Assembly: GCA_026914245.1 (NCBI GenBank)
Contig: CP110439.1
Span: 2,480,001 to 2,544,000 of the forward strand
DNA: 64,000 bases
Source of the DNA: Puccinia triticina
Taxonomy: Eukaryota
Direction: 5' to 3'
The position numbers and the translations under genes are program-made. Below the pieces are notes generated by a model that saw nothing but the letters and a program-made list of their open reading frames with translations, was not told the DNA's origin and searched no databases. Shown here in pieces: positions 61,501-64,000 of the stretch. How positions within the stretch are numbered: the first letter of the stretch is position 1; every line of letters begins with the position of its first letter.

Positions 61501-63464
61501 ATCCTGCCACCAGGAAGATCATCAATTCCGAGTGTGCTGAGTTCCTTGACTTCCAAGGGAAACCACTCATCCCTTCCCCAGGCTCAGAATCTAACAATGC
61601 TTCCATTCGTAGAACTTTGACACTCGGCAAAGAGCCAACAAAAGAAGTTTGTGACGCGCAAGATTCTCAAATAGACGAAATCCAAGCAATCACCGACGCG
61701 GACATCCCGACAAGTCTTTGTGCAGCACTCAAGGGACCGGCTAGCGATGAATGGAGGAGCGCCTGTATGACCGAGTGGAACCAGCTGGTAGATATTGACA
61801 CATTCGACATTGAAGATAAAGGCTCCAGGCATTCGATTGGCACGCGTTTTGTTTTCGACCTTGAAAGGAATTCGGACGGTACCGTGGATCGGCTCAAGGC
61901 TCGATTCGTTGTGCGAGGATTCAAGCAACGGATTGGGAGAGACGTGAAATCGACATTTGCGCCAACGGCATCGCTCACAACGCTTTGATTGCTACTTACG
62001 CTGGCTGTATCAAACAATTGGAAAATTAATTCATTTGATATCACGGGCGCTTTTGTACACAGTCCTATCGACGAGACCATTTACGTCGACCCTCCAGTGG
62101 AATTGTTTCCCCACTTGGCAGGTAAAGTCTTGAAACTTAAGAAGGCTCTTTATGGTACTAGGCAGGCGAGCAGGTGCTGGTGGAAACACTTTAGGGGTTT
62201 ACTACAGGGCTGGGGTTTCAAATGTGATGAAGTGGAGGAATGTTTGTACAGGTACAAAAAGGAAAATTCGATCATCATCATTTGGATCCACGTCAATGAC
62301 GGGATTGTCTTCAGCAATGACCATTCGGGCCTTCAACATTTGCGAGAAAATTTGGAAAAGAATTTACGAGTTAAGTGGGATGAACAACCGGATAAGTTGG
62401 TGGGAATTTGGATGGATTACGAGGACGATGCAATTTTTCTCAGCCAGCCACTTCTGATCGATCAAACCATCCAGAAATTTCAAGAAAACGTACAATCAAC
62501 AATCATTCCAACATATACACCGTTACTCGGAGACACGCTAGTGACATCGAATGGGGAACCGGTAAATACAACTCTGTATCAATCGCTCATTGGGTCGCTG
62601 AACTACATTGCCCTTGGTTCAAGACCGGACCTCAGCTTTGCTGTAAACTATCTTGCTTGATTCAGTGCTAACCCGGACAATTCACATTGGGGGGGACTCA
62701 AGCACTTGGTACAATATCTAGCAACAACAAAGGATAAGCGGCTTTGATTGAAACACACAAACAACCAATTGATAACTTGGTCTGACGCGAATTGGGGCGG
62801 GGAATTTCAAAGATCAACGTCTGGTTTCATCATCACGTTTCTCGGGAGCCCGATTGCGTGGGGTTCACGGCGGCAGAAATTTGTGGCGACATCGACATGC
62901 GCAGCGGAATTCATCTCAATTGGATCATCCATCGACTTCTTATTATTTCTAATTCCCATCATCAAATCTCTCGACATCAATCTTGATCTCATCCTCAAAT
63001 GTGACAACCGGGCCGCAGTACTTGTATCCGACGATAACGCATCAAAAGGTCGGATGAAGAGTCTGGAGCGCAACTTCTTCTTTGTCAATGACGCGGTGCG
63101 GGAACATAACATCAAACTCGACTGGGTATCAACATCCGACAACATTGCCGATTTTTTCACCAAACCTCTTCGGGCCAATCTTCACAACACATCTATGGCT
63201 AAGATATTTCAATAAATCAATCCTTTTTATATTGTTTGTTATATTTCTTTTCTAATTATGTCATATTTATCCCCCTCTCTGTTTGTCCATGGTTTTCTAG
63301 TTTTTTTCCATTTCTTTTTCTTTTTCTCCTATTGTATTTAGTGGTGTGGAGTTTGAGGGGGGGTGTTGAGAGGTGCGGTGGGCAAACTCCACATTTGGAG
63401 TGCGCGGGGTTCAAGAGGCGGTGGAGGAGGAGCAATGGACAGCAAGGTTTTCAGAGTCACAACA
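58501..63464 (+). mobile_element. Full-length Ty1/Copia with identical 101-bp LTRs and 5-bp TSD ATTCT
   Basis: LTRs 58501-58601 and 63364-63464; TSD at 58496-58500 and 63465-63469; PPT GAGGGGGG at 63356-63363. Confidence 0.97.
58671..63215 (+). pseudogene. Copia gag-pol with three in-frame TGA stops (61986, 62658, 62745)
   Basis: Motifs CSYCGVLGHWRSSC, VLDSGATHH, WHCRLGH, CDNAKEY, LKARFVVRGF, WIHVND, WSDANWG, ADFFTK. Confidence 0.94.
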
Positions 63465-64000
63465 ATTCTTTGTGTGGCATTTTCATATGCAAACCCAAAG
63501 GCATTACTCTATGGCCGACGATGGTCGGCAGACGAGTTGAAGAGGCTTTATTCAATCCTGAAGACTACAGTTTTTGAAGATCTAAAGGTCGGATGAATTC
63601 CTTTAAGTGTGTATGATGTAAAAATGTGCTTATTCTTGATTATCCCTTGTCTCCAGAATCTTGACACTAAATTTACACTGATCCATGATGTCTGGACAAC
63701 AAAGGGAAATAGATTTGCCTTCATTGGCGCGGCGGTTGCTTACATTGACTCAAACTGGAATTATACTGTTCGTCATCTGGCCCTAAAAATGATCCCTTGG
63801 AAGCACTACGGACATCTACTAGCTCAACCAATTGCTGCGGTCCTTAAGAAAAGTGATCTGTACAAAAAGATGGTGGATCAGACAATCGACTCTGGCGCAA
63901 ACAACAATACAATGGCTAGTGCCATGTATCAACTGCTTAAAAACGACAATGTTGTGGTGGACGGACTGGTACACACGTAGGATCAAGAATTTATTGCGCA

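Larger units (their letters stand above)
57084..64000 (+). mobile_element. hAT-family DNA transposon (BED finger plus transposase from ATG 57524), disrupted by a Copia; runs off the window
   Basis: Motifs YTCRWC..GNLMMH, FTLIHDVWTT..FIGAAV.YID.NW, QTIDSGANN; GTAAC/GTTAC subterminal motifs at 57090-57280; 5' end tentative. Confidence 0.88.

Overview
A eukaryotic, transposon-saturated window. I infer a rust fungus (Pucciniales) from the short GT-AG introns with CTRAC branch sites, the KDZ/CxC transposase, fungal Copia/Gypsy/Helitron/hAT families and pervasive TCG>TTG mutation. Nearly all of it is a deeply nested TE stack. A KDZ transposase gene (14964-16217 plus 47247-49990) is split inside an intron by a 31-kb CACC..GGTG TIR element. 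That element holds a gag-only LTR element with a Gypsy nested inside it, and two Helitrons; the second Helitron carries a MITE and a captured B-type cyclin fragment. Three Copia elements, two solo LTRs, a self-priming Gypsy and a Copia-disrupted hAT transposase fill most of the rest. The only clearly intact host gene is a 3-exon, 114-aa cysteine-rich secreted protein (candidate effector) at 7485-8012. The most unusual features are: tiny LTRs carrying tRNA-like Pol III cassettes (55126-56929), caught in a duplication/inversion; a Copia primer site matching the anticodon arm of tRNA-Lys(CUU); arrays of 36-bp palindromes; and a Helitron accessory gene family. All boundaries were read by eye and no database search was run.
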